The translations under genes and the position numbers were made by a program. This document shows positions 15,378-25,700 of a stretch of 34,599 bases of DNA, piece by piece. This DNA is from Armatimonadia bacterium (GTDB lineage: Bacteria; Armatimonadota; Zipacnadia; Zipacnadales; UBA11051), in contig JBDKRC010000224.1 in the NCBI GenBank assembly GCA_039683575.1, positions 1 through 34,599 on the forward strand, given 5' to 3'. Positions within the stretch are counted from its first letter, which is position 1. Every line of letters begins with the position of its first letter. The notes under the pieces were generated by a model. The model saw nothing but the letters and a program-made list of their open reading frames with translations, did not search any database and was not told the origin of the DNA.

Positions 15378-17645
15378 TTAGCGTAGGGACAAGTGGCTCC
15401 AGCAGTTGTCGCCCTGCTTGCAGAAGCGGCTGAAGGTGCCTTGTAGCGTTGCGCCGGGCTTGAAGATGGTCTGCAGGACTATGAAGCGTAGATCATCCTC
15501 AGTGGCGTTGTAGCGCATCGGGCAGTTTTTGTCGCCGGTGGAGCCCTCCTCGCCGCTATCGGGGTTCACGTGGCCGGGTATGCCGCAGGCGTGGCCGACT
15601 TCGTGGATGGTTGTGGAGCGGATGCACTGCTGGGCCAGTTGCTCCTGGGTGGCCGCGTCCAGGCGGTCGAGGGCGTCCTGCCACAGGCGGGGCGGCATGC
15701 CGGCTTGCTGCAGGGCCTGGCCTTCATCGCCCTGCGGGTTGGCGACGGCTCGCTTCAGGTAGCCAACGATCCCCTTGATGAACTTGCGGTGGCGGTCCGG
15801 GAAGACGACGCAGCGCGTGACCTCTCGGGGGCTGCTGAGGGGCCAAGGAGTGGTGTAGCCGCCCACGGTCTCGCCCTCCTCGCCTCCGGGGTCTGCGAGG
15901 CCCTTGACCGTCTCCACACGCACGGCGTAGACGTTGGGGCCTTCGGACATGGTGTGGTCCACGATCCGGGAGGAGATCGGGTCACCGCCGCCGCGGACGA
16001 GCGAGTCGTCAACCTTGTAGGCGAGGATCTCGCTGACCACGCCCCAGGCGGAGAGGTCGAAGACCCCCCCGGCGTCTATGACAAACATGTTCTTGCGGCG
16101 GGGATCGAGGCGCACGAAGCGCTTGTGGCCATCCTCGCCGATGATGCAGAAGCCCCGGTACTCGCGGTAGAGGCTGATGCCATCTCCTGTAGTCGCCTGG
16201 CCGCTGGGCTGGGGATCCTCATCCCAATCCGCCGGATGGGCTTCTCCGCCAACGACGCGCTTCTCCCATATGTCGGCAACGTTGTTCTCGTCATCGTCAC
16301 GCGGGAGGCCGATATACTGCCGGCCTGTCGGCTTGTATTCGCCGACGAGCGACAGATCGTCGCAGCGGACCTCCAGCTTGCCGTAGGCGCCGGTATCGAG
16401 GGCTTCGACGGTGACAGTGGCCTGCTCGACCGGCTTGGTCGTGAAGGCATGCCGCGGGTTGGCGGGGTCTAGCTGTACGTTGGGATCGCTCTGCGTGGCC
16501 GCAAAGCGCAAGTCGTCGTCTTCGGCGAAGGACTTGGGGAAGTTGCAGCAGCGCCCGCGGTTGGTGCTGACGTCGGTGAGATGGAAATCGAGGCGGCCGC
16601 TGGGTTGGACTTCCTTTTCACTGGCCGGCTCCAGACGAGCTTTCACCTCCAGCGGCTCGGGGTTGTAGCCAGGGGTGCTGAAGTCCACGCCGCCCTCGGG
16701 TTGTGGGGTGGGGAGCCAGTCGCCATAGGCGGTCTCATCGTCGGGCTCGAGGACGAGGCGCGATTGTGGCGGACGGGCGCCAAGCCACCAGGTTATGGTC
16801 AGAGTGCCGGAGAAGGTGGTTTCTGCCAGCGGGTTCTCGACTTCCTTGCCACTCATGCCCTGCAGGTACTTGTTGGCTTCGGGGGTGTTGACGTTGATCC
16901 AACCTGGGGTGACGAGCGCTTCGATCTTGACGGTGAAGGTCCCGTGAGCCGCCGGGCCCTTCCAGGGGACCTCGAAGGTGGCAGGGCCGACGTTGCCCGA
17001 TAGCGGCATCCGCGCGTCATGGCCCTGGCGCTCAATCTCCGCAACCGCCGCGGCAAAGGCGGTATTGGTGGAGGCGAGGTCGGGGATGCGGATATCGAAG
17101 CAGGCCTCCTGCTCCAGCTTGTCGGTGAAGGTGCCCTGCTGGTTCTTGTAGACGAGGTTGGTGGTTGTGGGGAAGTTCACGATCTTCCAGGTGGGGGCCG
17201 AGAAGTGGGCCACGCCGAGCTTCTTGCTGATGGTTACCGGCTTTGAGCCCTCCTCTTTACCGGGGGCGTTGACGGAATGCTGGTAGGTGAAGGGCGTGGT
17301 GGACACCGAGACTTCGTCTTCATCAACGCAACGACTGACGAGTTGCCCGGTGATGCGGTCGGTGTACTGCAGCCCCTTGGAATCGCGGATTGAGGTCGAT
17401 TTGGCGAAAACTCGGGCCTGATTGGTTACGGTGCGGTCGCCATCGCGCTTCACGTGCTTGCCACTGATGCTGAGGGTGTACTCGAAGCCGGATGACGTGA
17501 CGCTGAGCTGGGTCTGGTCGGGGTAGTCGAGCGCCATCTCCTTCTTCATGCCCGGCAAGGCGGAGAAGTCCTGAGCGACCGCGACGCGAGCGAGGCAGGA
17601 GAGCAATACGAGCAACAAGATCCTTGCGGAAAAGCGGAAAGACAT
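15378..17645 (-). CDS. Secreted protein with C-terminal metzincin-type zinc protease motif
   Basis: Signal peptide MSFRFSARILLLVLLSCLARVAVA; HEVGHACGIPGH (HExxHxxGxxH) followed by CPMRY (Met-turn); Asp-rich DDDENNVADIWE and GDGISLYREYRGF. Confidence 0.75.
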   Translation of the reverse strand: MSFRFSARILLLVLLSCLARVAVAQDFSALPGMKKEMALDYPDQTQLSVTSSGFEYTLSISGKHVKRDGDRTVTNQARVFAKSTSIRDSKGLQYTDRITGQLVSRCVDEDEVSVSTTPFTYQHSVNAPGKEEGSKPVTISKKLGVAHFSAPTWKIVNFPTTTNLVYKNQQGTFTDKLEQEACFDIRIPDLASTNTAFAAAVAEIERQGHDARMPLSGNVGPATFEVPWKGPAAHGTFTVKIEALVTPGWINVNTPEANKYLQGMSGKEVENPLAETTFSGTLTITWWLGARPPQSRLVLEPDDETAYGDWLPTPQPEGGVDFSTPGYNPEPLEVKARLEPASEKEVQPSGRLDFHLTDVSTNRGRCCNFPKSFAEDDDLRFAATQSDPNVQLDPANPRHAFTTKPVEQATVTVEALDTGAYGKLEVRCDDLSLVGEYKPTGRQYIGLPRDDDENNVADIWEKRVVGGEAHPADWDEDPQPSGQATTGDGISLYREYRGFCIIGEDGHKRFVRLDPRRKNMFVIDAGGVFDLSAWGVVSEILAYKVDDSLVRGGGDPISSRIVDHTMSEGPNVYAVRVETVKGLADPGGEEGETVGGYTTPWPLSSPREVTRCVVFPDRHRKFIKGIVGYLKRAVANPQGDEGQALQQAGMPPRLWQDALDRLDAATQEQLAQQCIRSTTIHEVGHACGIPGHVNPDSGEEGSTGDKNCPMRYNATEDDLRFIVLQTIFKPGATLQGTFSRFCKQGDNCWSHLSLR

Positions 17646-17745
17646 ACAGCACCCCGTGAGTGGCAATACATGCTAACGACGGATGCGGCGGGTGACCCCG
17701 TTGGGGTCCAGGGCGAGGCGGGCGGCCTGCACTGCCGCATGTACG

Positions 17746-17774
17746 AATATACTCTCCCCGGGGTGAGTGCGCAA
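17746..17774 (-). promoter_or_regulatory. Putative sigma70 promoter of the metzincin gene
   Basis: Minus strand TTGCGC-N17-TATATT. Confidence 0.45.
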
Positions 17775-17919
17775 GCGGACCGCCATCCCTGTTGAGCACA
17801 GCCTGAGAGAGCCCCCAGTAGACGTCATTACGCGATTGGGCGGGGCCCGGTGGGGAGGCTTCGCGGCGGTATATGGCGAACATCACAGCAGCGTGTTATC
17901 AAACAAGGTGGATGAGTGA

Positions 17920-20181
17920 ATGAAGATCATCGAGACCATTCCGTTTGCTAAGGAATTGCTTTCGCCTACATATGAAGAATCGTTCAGGCGCGAAGGCGTT
18001 GTGGCCGGGGAGCGGGAGGTGACGGTGGACGAGTGTTGGGCGGTGGCGTTGTACTGCACCGAGGAACTGGTTCAGGTGGCCGCCGATCACCTGGGCAACT
18101 TCCTGGGCACGGCCATGGGGAGCAGTACCAGCACGTGTGGGACCGAGAAGCGGATTGTGCTGGATGTTGATCCTGAATTGGATGAGAACCCCGAGGCGCA
18201 TATGCTCCGGGTGACTGAGGATGCCATCGAGATCATCGGCGCCGGGCCTGCAGGGGTTCTGCAGGGCGTGTTCCGCCTTGAGAACCGGATGCGGGAGAAA
18301 GGGGCGCCGGTGGTGACCATGGGCGTGGAGACCCGGGCGCCGCTGTTCAAGCACCGCATCCACCGTTCGCCGCTGTCGTGCTTCTACAAGGAAGAACTGA
18401 CGGGGACATACGAAGACCCGTTCAACGCCGAGTGGCTGTCGCCGGGGATGGACTATCCCGCCTGGCGCGAAGAGGACGCCGGGGCGGACACCTTCTACCA
18501 CGACAACCTGCTGATGCGGATGGCCGAGCATGGGTTCAATGGCATCTGGCTGCGCGCGTCGTTCCGGCATTTCGCGAAGGTCAGCGTGTTCCCGGAGTTC
18601 GGAGCCAACTCGGACGTGATCCTGGAGCGGCTGCGGAAGCTGACGCAGCGGGCGGCGCGGCACGGGATCAAGGTGTTTCTGTACCTCAACGAACCGCTGG
18701 GGATCGCGGAGTATGACGACTTCTTCAAAAAGTACCCGCAGTGCGCCGGAGCGCCCTCGACCTATAAGCCGATGGTCAACCTGTGCACCAGCACGCCGGA
18801 GATCAAGACCTACCTGAAGGAGTCGTCGCAGTACATCCTGAGCCAGGTGCCGGAACTGGCCGGGTATGTGATGATCACGGCGTCGGAGTACCCGAGCCAC
18901 TGCTGGTGCCGGACGGGGATTGACCCGGAGAACCCCGACAGGCAACTTGGCGAGGTCTCGGCGTGCCCACGGTGCGTGAACCGCACCCCGCAGGAGGTTG
19001 TGGGTGAGGTCGTGAGCCTGATCCGCGAGGGCGCGGTGTCCGTGAACCCCGACATCGAGATCATCGCGTGGAACTGGTCGTGGCGGATGTGGGAGGAGGA
19101 CCCGCAGATCGGGGTGCTCAAGGCCCTGCCGAAAGAGACCATCGTCATGGGCGACTACGAGCGGGGCGAGCCGACCGAGGCGCTGGGGTTCGCGTACACC
19201 AATGATGAGTACAACATCAAGGTAGTGGGGCCGAGCCAGCGGTTCAAGGGCGTGGCGGACTTCATCACGGGCGAGGGCAGGCCGGTGTATGCGCGGATTC
19301 AGATCGGGACGACGCATGAGAACCCGGACATCCCGTACCTGCCCGTGCCGCAGAAGATTGCCGAGAAGTACCTGAGCCTGCCGAAGGCCGGTGTGACCGG
19401 GATGATGACGTGCTGGAACTTTGGCAACATGCCATGTCTGGGCACGGAGATCGCCGGGGAGTTCACGTGGTCGCCGCAGCCGAGCGTGGAAGGTGGCCTG
19501 AAGGCGATAGCGGCGCGGCACTTTGGGGCGGGCGTGGCCGAGGAGGTCGTGGCGGCGTGGGAGATCATGTCGCGGGCGCATGACGACTTCCCGGGCAGCA
19601 TCCCGGTAATGTACGTCGGGCCGATCAGCCGCGGGCCCAACTTCCTGTTCATCTTCGACCAGATTGACCACCGGTTCCCGAACTCGTGGCTACTCGACAA
19701 GAACATAGAGGGCGACCAACTCGACTGGGCCTCGCCCTTCGGGCCGGAGAAGGTACTGGAGTGCTACCGGTCGGAAGTGGCGAAGGGGCGGAAGGCGCTG
19801 CCGATACTGGACGCGGCGATTGCGAAGCTGTCGGGTGAGGACAAGCGGCGGCTGGAGCGCGAGACCGGCGTGATGAAGTTCCACCTGATCCAGACCGAGT
19901 GCGCGGCGAACGTGGTGGACTTCCTGCTGCGGCGCAACGAGTTCTATGCGAGCGAGGACAAGGCGGAGAAGCTGGCGCTGCTGGACCGCATCGAGACGAT
20001 CTGCCGCGGGGAGCTCGACAATGCGGCGGCGGCGATCCCGCTCCTGCAGGCGGACCCGAGGCTGGGGTGGCATGGGGAAGCGTATGGGTACATGATCAAC
20101 GTACCGGATGTGGAGGAGAAGCTGCGGAGGCTGCGGGAGTTGGTTGAGGTGCGGCTCCCGGAGGAGAGGGGGAAGGTGTAG
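17920..20181 (+). CDS. Uncharacterised glycoside-hydrolase-like protein (GH20/GH67-type N-domain plus probable TIM barrel)
   Basis: PEAHMLRV..IEIIG..AGVLQGVF N-domain pattern, P.FKHR, GFNGIWL, HGIKVFLYLNEP, IIAWNW. Confidence 0.6.
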   Translation: MKIIETIPFAKELLSPTYEESFRREGVVAGEREVTVDECWAVALYCTEELVQVAADHLGNFLGTAMGSSTSTCGTEKRIVLDVDPELDENPEAHMLRVTEDAIEIIGAGPAGVLQGVFRLENRMREKGAPVVTMGVETRAPLFKHRIHRSPLSCFYKEELTGTYEDPFNAEWLSPGMDYPAWREEDAGADTFYHDNLLMRMAEHGFNGIWLRASFRHFAKVSVFPEFGANSDVILERLRKLTQRAARHGIKVFLYLNEPLGIAEYDDFFKKYPQCAGAPSTYKPMVNLCTSTPEIKTYLKESSQYILSQVPELAGYVMITASEYPSHCWCRTGIDPENPDRQLGEVSACPRCVNRTPQEVVGEVVSLIREGAVSVNPDIEIIAWNWSWRMWEEDPQIGVLKALPKETIVMGDYERGEPTEALGFAYTNDEYNIKVVGPSQRFKGVADFITGEGRPVYARIQIGTTHENPDIPYLPVPQKIAEKYLSLPKAGVTGMMTCWNFGNMPCLGTEIAGEFTWSPQPSVEGGLKAIAARHFGAGVAEEVVAAWEIMSRAHDDFPGSIPVMYVGPISRGPNFLFIFDQIDHRFPNSWLLDKNIEGDQLDWASPFGPEKVLECYRSEVAKGRKALPILDAAIAKLSGEDKRRLERETGVMKFHLIQTECAANVVDFLLRRNEFYASEDKAEKLALLDRIETICRGELDNAAAAIPLLQADPRLGWHGEAYGYMINVPDVEEKLRRLRELVEVRLPEERGKV

Positions 20182-20202
20182 GGTTGAGATGAAGATGGGA
20201 CG

Positions 20203-20237
20203 AAGGCCCTCCCTGGTTTGGGGAGGGCCTTTTGCTT
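20203..20237 (+). terminator. Intrinsic terminator
   Basis: aaggccctccc-tggtttg-gggagggcctt followed by ttgctt. Confidence 0.8.
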
Positions 20238-20254
20238 TGGGTGGGAATGTATGG

Positions 20255-20302
20255 GAGAGCTTTACAGGATGTGCAGGATAACGGCAAGGATGGGGAGGAT
20301 GA
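20255..20302 (+). repeat. CAGGAT-periodic element (family D), copy 1
   Basis: gagagctttacaggatgtgcaggataacggcaaggatggggaggatga. Confidence 0.85.
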
Positions 20303-20326
20303 GGCGGGGAGGACAGGACAGAGAAA

Positions 20327-20355
20327 TCGCGCTCTGGTGAGCGCTCCTACAGGCG
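20327..20355 (-). repeat. REP-like hairpin, family B
   Basis: tcgcgctctggtgagcgctcctacaggcg. Confidence 0.75.
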
Positions 20356-20395
20356 GCGGTAGCGGCATTGCCAATAGGTTTGCGGGAGGTTTGTT

Positions 20396-22672
20396 ATGAG
20401 TGAGCAGGGACGATTTGATATAGCGTTGGAGAATGGGGCCGTGGTGCGGGTTCAGGTGGTTTTGCCGCAGGTGTTTCGCGTGAGGATGCGGGCGGATGGG
20501 GAGTTTGAGGAGCCGGGTCTGGTGCGGTATGGGGTGGTGAAGAGTGAGTGGCCGGAGGTGCCGGTTAGCGTCACGGGCGATGACGGGGTGCTGGTGTTTG
20601 ATACTGGGGAGGCGCAGCTTGAGGTGTCGAAGTTGGATGGGCGCGTGGCGCTGTATGGGGCGGGAGGGGAGGAGGTGCTGCGGCAGGTGGAGGCGCCGGT
20701 GTCGGAAGGGGATGAAGGAGGCTTTCGGGCGGAGTTTGGGCTGGCGGATGGGGTGCGGCTCTATGGGCTGGGGGATGAGACGCGGGACCGGATCAACAAG
20801 CGCGGGCACAAGACGCAGATGGTGCTGCGCAATGTGGTCAGCTATGTGCCCATCCCGTTTCTGATGAGCACGGGGGGCTGGGCGATCTTCATGAACAGCA
20901 CCTGGTTCCACCAGCTTGACCTGGGGGCGACGGTGGCGGATCGGCTGGTGTATAGCGCTCGGCGGGGGGAGTTGGATTACTACTTGATCGCGGGGGAGAC
21001 GTTGCCGGTGTTGCTGGACCGCTATACACAGGTGTCGGGGCGGCCCGTGCTCCTGCCGCAGTGGGGGTATGGGCTGACTTTCGTGTGCGATGAGCGCGGG
21101 GTGCGGGCGCGGGATGTGCTGTATGAGGCGCTGGAGTTCCGGCGAGAGAAGGTACCGTGCGACTTGATTGGGCTGGAGCCGGACTGGATGGAGACACGCT
21201 ATGACTTCAGCGTGGACAAGCAGTGGAGCACGGAGCGGTTCCACCAGCCCTTCTGGAAGCAGCACCAGGAGCCGGGGGGATTTGTGGCGGGGCTCAACAA
21301 CATGGGGTTCAAGCTGAGTCTGTGGTTGTGCGTGGATTATGATGTTAGTGAGTATGAGGAGCAGATGGTGCGGGAGAATGATGCCACAGACGGATCGCGC
21401 TCGGGGGAGCGCTCCTACCGGGAGACGGAGGAGGATCGGTATGACGAGGATATCATCAAGGACCCGCATTTCGTGCCTTCGTACCAGGATAAGATCACGA
21501 AGCGTGGGGAGCCGTGGTTTGAGCATCTGAAGAAGTTTGTGGACAACGGGGCGGCGGCGTTCAAGCTGGATGGGTCGAACCAGATCTGCTTCCACCCGGA
21601 CCGCAAGTGGCTCAACGGGATGGATGATGAAGAGATGCACAACCTGTACCCGGTGCTGATGGCCAAGCAGATGGCGCATGGGTTCCGGGACCACACCGGC
21701 AAGCGGGCGATGATCTATACGGCGGGCGGCTATGCTGGGACGCAGCAGTATGCGGCGACGTGGGCGGGGGACACTGGCGGCGGGCAGAAGCCGCTGGTGT
21801 GTACGCTGAACCACGCGCTGTCGGGGCACTCGAACACGAGTTGCGACATGCAGGTCTGGAACGTCGAGGGGATTCACTTCGGGTTCCTGCAGGCGTGGTC
21901 GCAGGTGCTGTCGTGGCATATGTATAACCAGCCGTGGTTTTTGAAGCCGGAGATATATGAGGTGTTCAAAAGCTATGCGCGGCTGCGTTACCGGCTGTTG
22001 CCATACCTTTACTCGATGGCGCACGTGGCGGCGCGGACGGGGATGCCGGTGGTGCGGCCGATGCCGCTGGTGATGCCGGAGGACCCGCGGTGTGATGAGT
22101 TACTTAGCCAGTACATGCTGGGCGAGAGCTTCCTGACGTGCTCGTTCACTAACACGATCTACTTGCCCGAGGGCCGGTGGGTGGATTACTGGACCGGCGA
22201 GGGGTATGAGGGTGGGCAGGAGATCGAGTATGCGGTGCCGGAGGGGAAGGGCGGGCCGCTGTTTGTGAAGGCAGGGGCGATCATCCCGACGTGGCCGGAG
22301 ATTGACTACGTGGGACAGCGGGCGATGGAGACGGTGGGGTTGGAGGTGTATCCGTGGGAGGATAGCCGCTTCACGCTATATGAGGACGATGGGGAGACGT
22401 TTGGCTACCTGGAGGGCAAGGTGGCGACGACGGAGGTGGAGTGTCAGGCCGAGGCGGGGAGGGTTGTGGTGAAGGTCGGGCCGCGGGTCGGGGACTATGA
22501 GGGGAAGTCGGAGCGGAGGGTCTGGGAGGTTGGGGTACATCTGGAGGGGCGGCCGTCGCGGGTGACGGTGGACGGGGCGGACGCGGAGTGGGCGTGGGAG
22601 GAGGAGGGGACGGGGGCGCGGGCTATGGTGGAGGAGAAGGCGGAGGGGGTTGAGGTGGTGTTGGAGGGTTAG
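20396..22672 (+). CDS. Glycoside hydrolase family 31 (alpha-xylosidase/glucosidase-like)
   Basis: LYGLG, SYVPIPF, GRPVLLPQWGYG, FKLDG (nucleophile), HNLY, TWAGD, LRYRLLPYLYS, QYMLG, LYEDDG. Confidence 0.93.
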   Translation: MSEQGRFDIALENGAVVRVQVVLPQVFRVRMRADGEFEEPGLVRYGVVKSEWPEVPVSVTGDDGVLVFDTGEAQLEVSKLDGRVALYGAGGEEVLRQVEAPVSEGDEGGFRAEFGLADGVRLYGLGDETRDRINKRGHKTQMVLRNVVSYVPIPFLMSTGGWAIFMNSTWFHQLDLGATVADRLVYSARRGELDYYLIAGETLPVLLDRYTQVSGRPVLLPQWGYGLTFVCDERGVRARDVLYEALEFRREKVPCDLIGLEPDWMETRYDFSVDKQWSTERFHQPFWKQHQEPGGFVAGLNNMGFKLSLWLCVDYDVSEYEEQMVRENDATDGSRSGERSYRETEEDRYDEDIIKDPHFVPSYQDKITKRGEPWFEHLKKFVDNGAAAFKLDGSNQICFHPDRKWLNGMDDEEMHNLYPVLMAKQMAHGFRDHTGKRAMIYTAGGYAGTQQYAATWAGDTGGGQKPLVCTLNHALSGHSNTSCDMQVWNVEGIHFGFLQAWSQVLSWHMYNQPWFLKPEIYEVFKSYARLRYRLLPYLYSMAHVAARTGMPVVRPMPLVMPEDPRCDELLSQYMLGESFLTCSFTNTIYLPEGRWVDYWTGEGYEGGQEIEYAVPEGKGGPLFVKAGAIIPTWPEIDYVGQRAMETVGLEVYPWEDSRFTLYEDDGETFGYLEGKVATTEVECQAEAGRVVVKVGPRVGDYEGKSERRVWEVGVHLEGRPSRVTVDGADAEWAWEEEGTGARAMVEEKAEGVEVVLEG

Positions 22673-22678
22673 GAGAGG

Positions 22679-22724
22679 GAGCTTTACAGGATGGGCAGGA
22701 TAGAGGCAAGGATGAGCAGGATGA
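22679..22724 (+). repeat. CAGGAT-periodic element (family D), copy 2
   Basis: gagctttacaggatgggcaggatagaggcaaggatgagcaggatga, ending 12 nt before ATG 22737. Confidence 0.85.
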
Positions 22725-22736
22725 AAGGCAAGCGCT

Positions 22737-25700
22737 ATGAAACGGCTGATTGCGGTCCTGATAGTGCTCATGGGAAGTGTGGCGGCGATTGCACAGGGAG
22801 AGGTTAAGGCCTATAGGCCGGGGCCGGTGCCGCCGGATGGGGAGCTGCGGTACTGCATTCAGTATGGGAATGTGGACGCCGAGTTGTTGGGGTTTCTGCA
22901 GCGGTCGCGGGTGAATTTCCTGCACTGGCATGGGCCGTTCTCGGGGTACAACGGGCTGGAGCCGCGGAGTGAGTTGGCGAGGCTGACCAAGTCGGCCAAG
23001 CAGACCATTGATGCGGCCCATGCGGCGGGGATGGCCTGCATCCTGTACATCGGGCCGTGTTTCAGCTATGGCGACAAGGACAAGCGGACGCTGCTGTTTG
23101 AGTTCTATGACAAGCGCTGGGCGCAGTATGAGGACTACTTCGGCAAGAAGCCGGGGGACCTTTTGGAGATGGCACAGTGCAATGTGGAGGGGAAGCCGCG
23201 GCCGTATGTGTATGAGCGGCAGGAGGGGTACCATCTGTGTGTGAACAGCCCCGGGGTGCGGCAGATGACCAAGGGGCTGATCCGGATGATCGTCGAGGCG
23301 GGGGGCGACGGGAGCTTCTATGACGGGCCGTATGTGACCGAGGGGCGGTGCTACTGCAAGTGGTGTAAGGCGAAGTTCCGGGAGTGGCTGAAAGAGACGT
23401 ATACGGCCGAGGAGTTGCGGACGCGGCTCGGGGTGACGGATCTCGCTGCGGTGGAGCCGCCGAAGTCGGCCAAAGAGAAGCTGTGGGTGCCCTTCCGGCG
23501 GTTCAATGCGTGGAGTCTGCTGGACTTCATGCGGGACACGAAAGCGTACGGGCGGTCGCTGAACCCGCACTATATCATGACCTCGAACTACTGCATGTGG
23601 AGGGGGGAGCCGTTCTCGCCGATACGGGGAACGGCGGAGGATGCGGAGGTCGAGAGCCAGGTCGTGGATGTGCTGTTTGATGAGGCGAGATACGGGGCAG
23701 GGCCGCGGTGGGAGAGCGGGCGGATCAGCAACTCGACGGACTATCGACACTTGCTGGCGGCGGCGCAGGGGGTGCCGGTGGCGCTTCTGAAGACCGCGCC
23801 GGAGGGGACGAACCCGGAGGCGGGTGGCAACCTGACGCGGCTGGCAATGGCGGAGGGCGCGGCGAACGGCGGGACGTGGCAGCTTCACCGGCTCAAGCCG
23901 GCGGCGGCACAGGGGGCGGAGGAGTATGGGCAGTTCCTGGCGGGGCGGCAGGAGGCGCTGACGCGGTGCAGACCGTGGGCGACGGTGGCAATCTGGACGT
24001 CGGCGACGCAGGCGTACTATGATCTGCCGACATATCCGACGGCGGTGTCGCGGTACCTGGCGGATAGTCACGTGCCGCACAAGTTCGTGATTGACGCGGA
24101 GGTCGAGAAGGGGAAGTTGGGGGCGTATGAGGTCTTGATCGTGCCGGAGGTGGCGGTGATCTCGGAGAGGCAGCTTGCGGCACTGCAGGCGTTTGCGAAG
24201 CAGCCGGGCAAGCACGTGATCCTGATTGGGCCGTGCGGGCGGCTCGACGAGTGGGGGGAGAAGCGCGAAGAGATCAAAATCGCGGGGGCGGGAGTCTTAC
24301 CTTCAATGGCCTTGCCGCAGTCGCCCAATGAGGGACTGAATGCGGCGGATAAGGAGAAGCTGAAGGGGCTGCTGCCGCTGATGCAGGAGCTGACGAAGCA
24401 GTGGCTGCCGGCGTGGGTGGCGGCACCGGAGGGGCAGGTGGAGGTGACCACCGGGTATGACGGCAGGGGTAAGCTGCTGGTGCATGTGGTGAACTATGGG
24501 GTAGAGATGACAGGGAGTCTGCGGACGCCGAAGGACGTGCTGGTGCGGGTGAGGCTGCCGCAGGGCATGACGGCAAAGACTGTGCCAGACCAGGGACCGA
24601 CGGGGGCGAAGTTGTATACTCCCGAGCAGCCCAAGGGGAGGCCGCAGGCATTCGAAACGGTGCGCCCGGGGCCGGAGGAGTATGCCGAGTTCCGGCTGGA
24701 TGAGCTGGGGATATACAGCCAGGTGGAGTTTGACCTGGCGCCAGAGAGGCGTCCGGTGGCTGACAAGACGCGGCTGGTGACGAAGGTGGAAGGGGAGGCG
24801 GCGCCGGGGGCGACGGTGGTGATTGAGGCGAAGCTGGAGCCGGCGGCGAAGGGGCAGTGGTGGATCAGCCCCGGTGGGGGATGGCAGATCGAGCAGGCGG
24901 ACATGCCCGGAGGTAAGCGGTATACACTGAAGCTGGGTGAGACTATTGGGGATGGTTACACCGGGCCGCAGTTGTCGGTGCGGCTGCCCAGCGGCAGGCA
25001 GTTGACGCAAATGGTGTGGATGCCGGTGCAGGCGCCGTTTGAAATGGGGATGCGGACGCCGGCGTTTGCTGATATGCTGACGGGACGGACGCGGCTGGCG
25101 GTGACCGTGCGCAGCCGGCTGCCGGTGGCGGCGGAGGGGGCGCTGACGGTGACGCCGCCGGAGGGCTGGGCGGTGGAGGGGCTGCCGGCGACGGTGAGTC
25201 TCAAGCCGCAGGCGAGCGAGCAGGTGGTGGGATGGCTGAGGGCGCCGACGGGAGTGAAGCCGGGGGCGTATGAAGTGGCGGCGACGCTGACTGTGGGGAA
25301 GAGACGGGCGGAGGCGACCGCGACGCTGAGCGTGGCAGACAACATGAAGGCGTTGCAGTGCCGCAAGACGGCGGCGGCGCCGGTACTCGATGGAACCCTG
25401 GACGAGGAGTGCTGGAAGCAGGCGACAGTGGTGACGGACTTTCAGCGCACCGACGGCAAGGGCAACGCGAAACAACAAACCGTGGCTCGTGTTTGCTATG
25501 ATGAGCGGAGGCTCTATATAGCATTTGAGTGTTTGGAAAGCGAGCCGGAGACGATCATCAACCTGGTCGAGCAGGACGGCGGGGAAGTGTGGCGGGATGA
25601 CTCGGTTGAGGTGTTCGTGGACCCGGGGTTGACGCGGCGGGGAGTACTGCACTGGACGTGCAATACGGCGGGGAAGAAGTCGCCGGCAAAGGGGTGGGAA

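Noticed and set aside
17899-25652. Long antisense ORFs (17899-19671, 20096-22024, 22623-24215, 24303-25652; also 5216-6580 and 10502-11683)
   Set aside because: These are shadow frames of real high-GC genes, with biased composition and no motifs.
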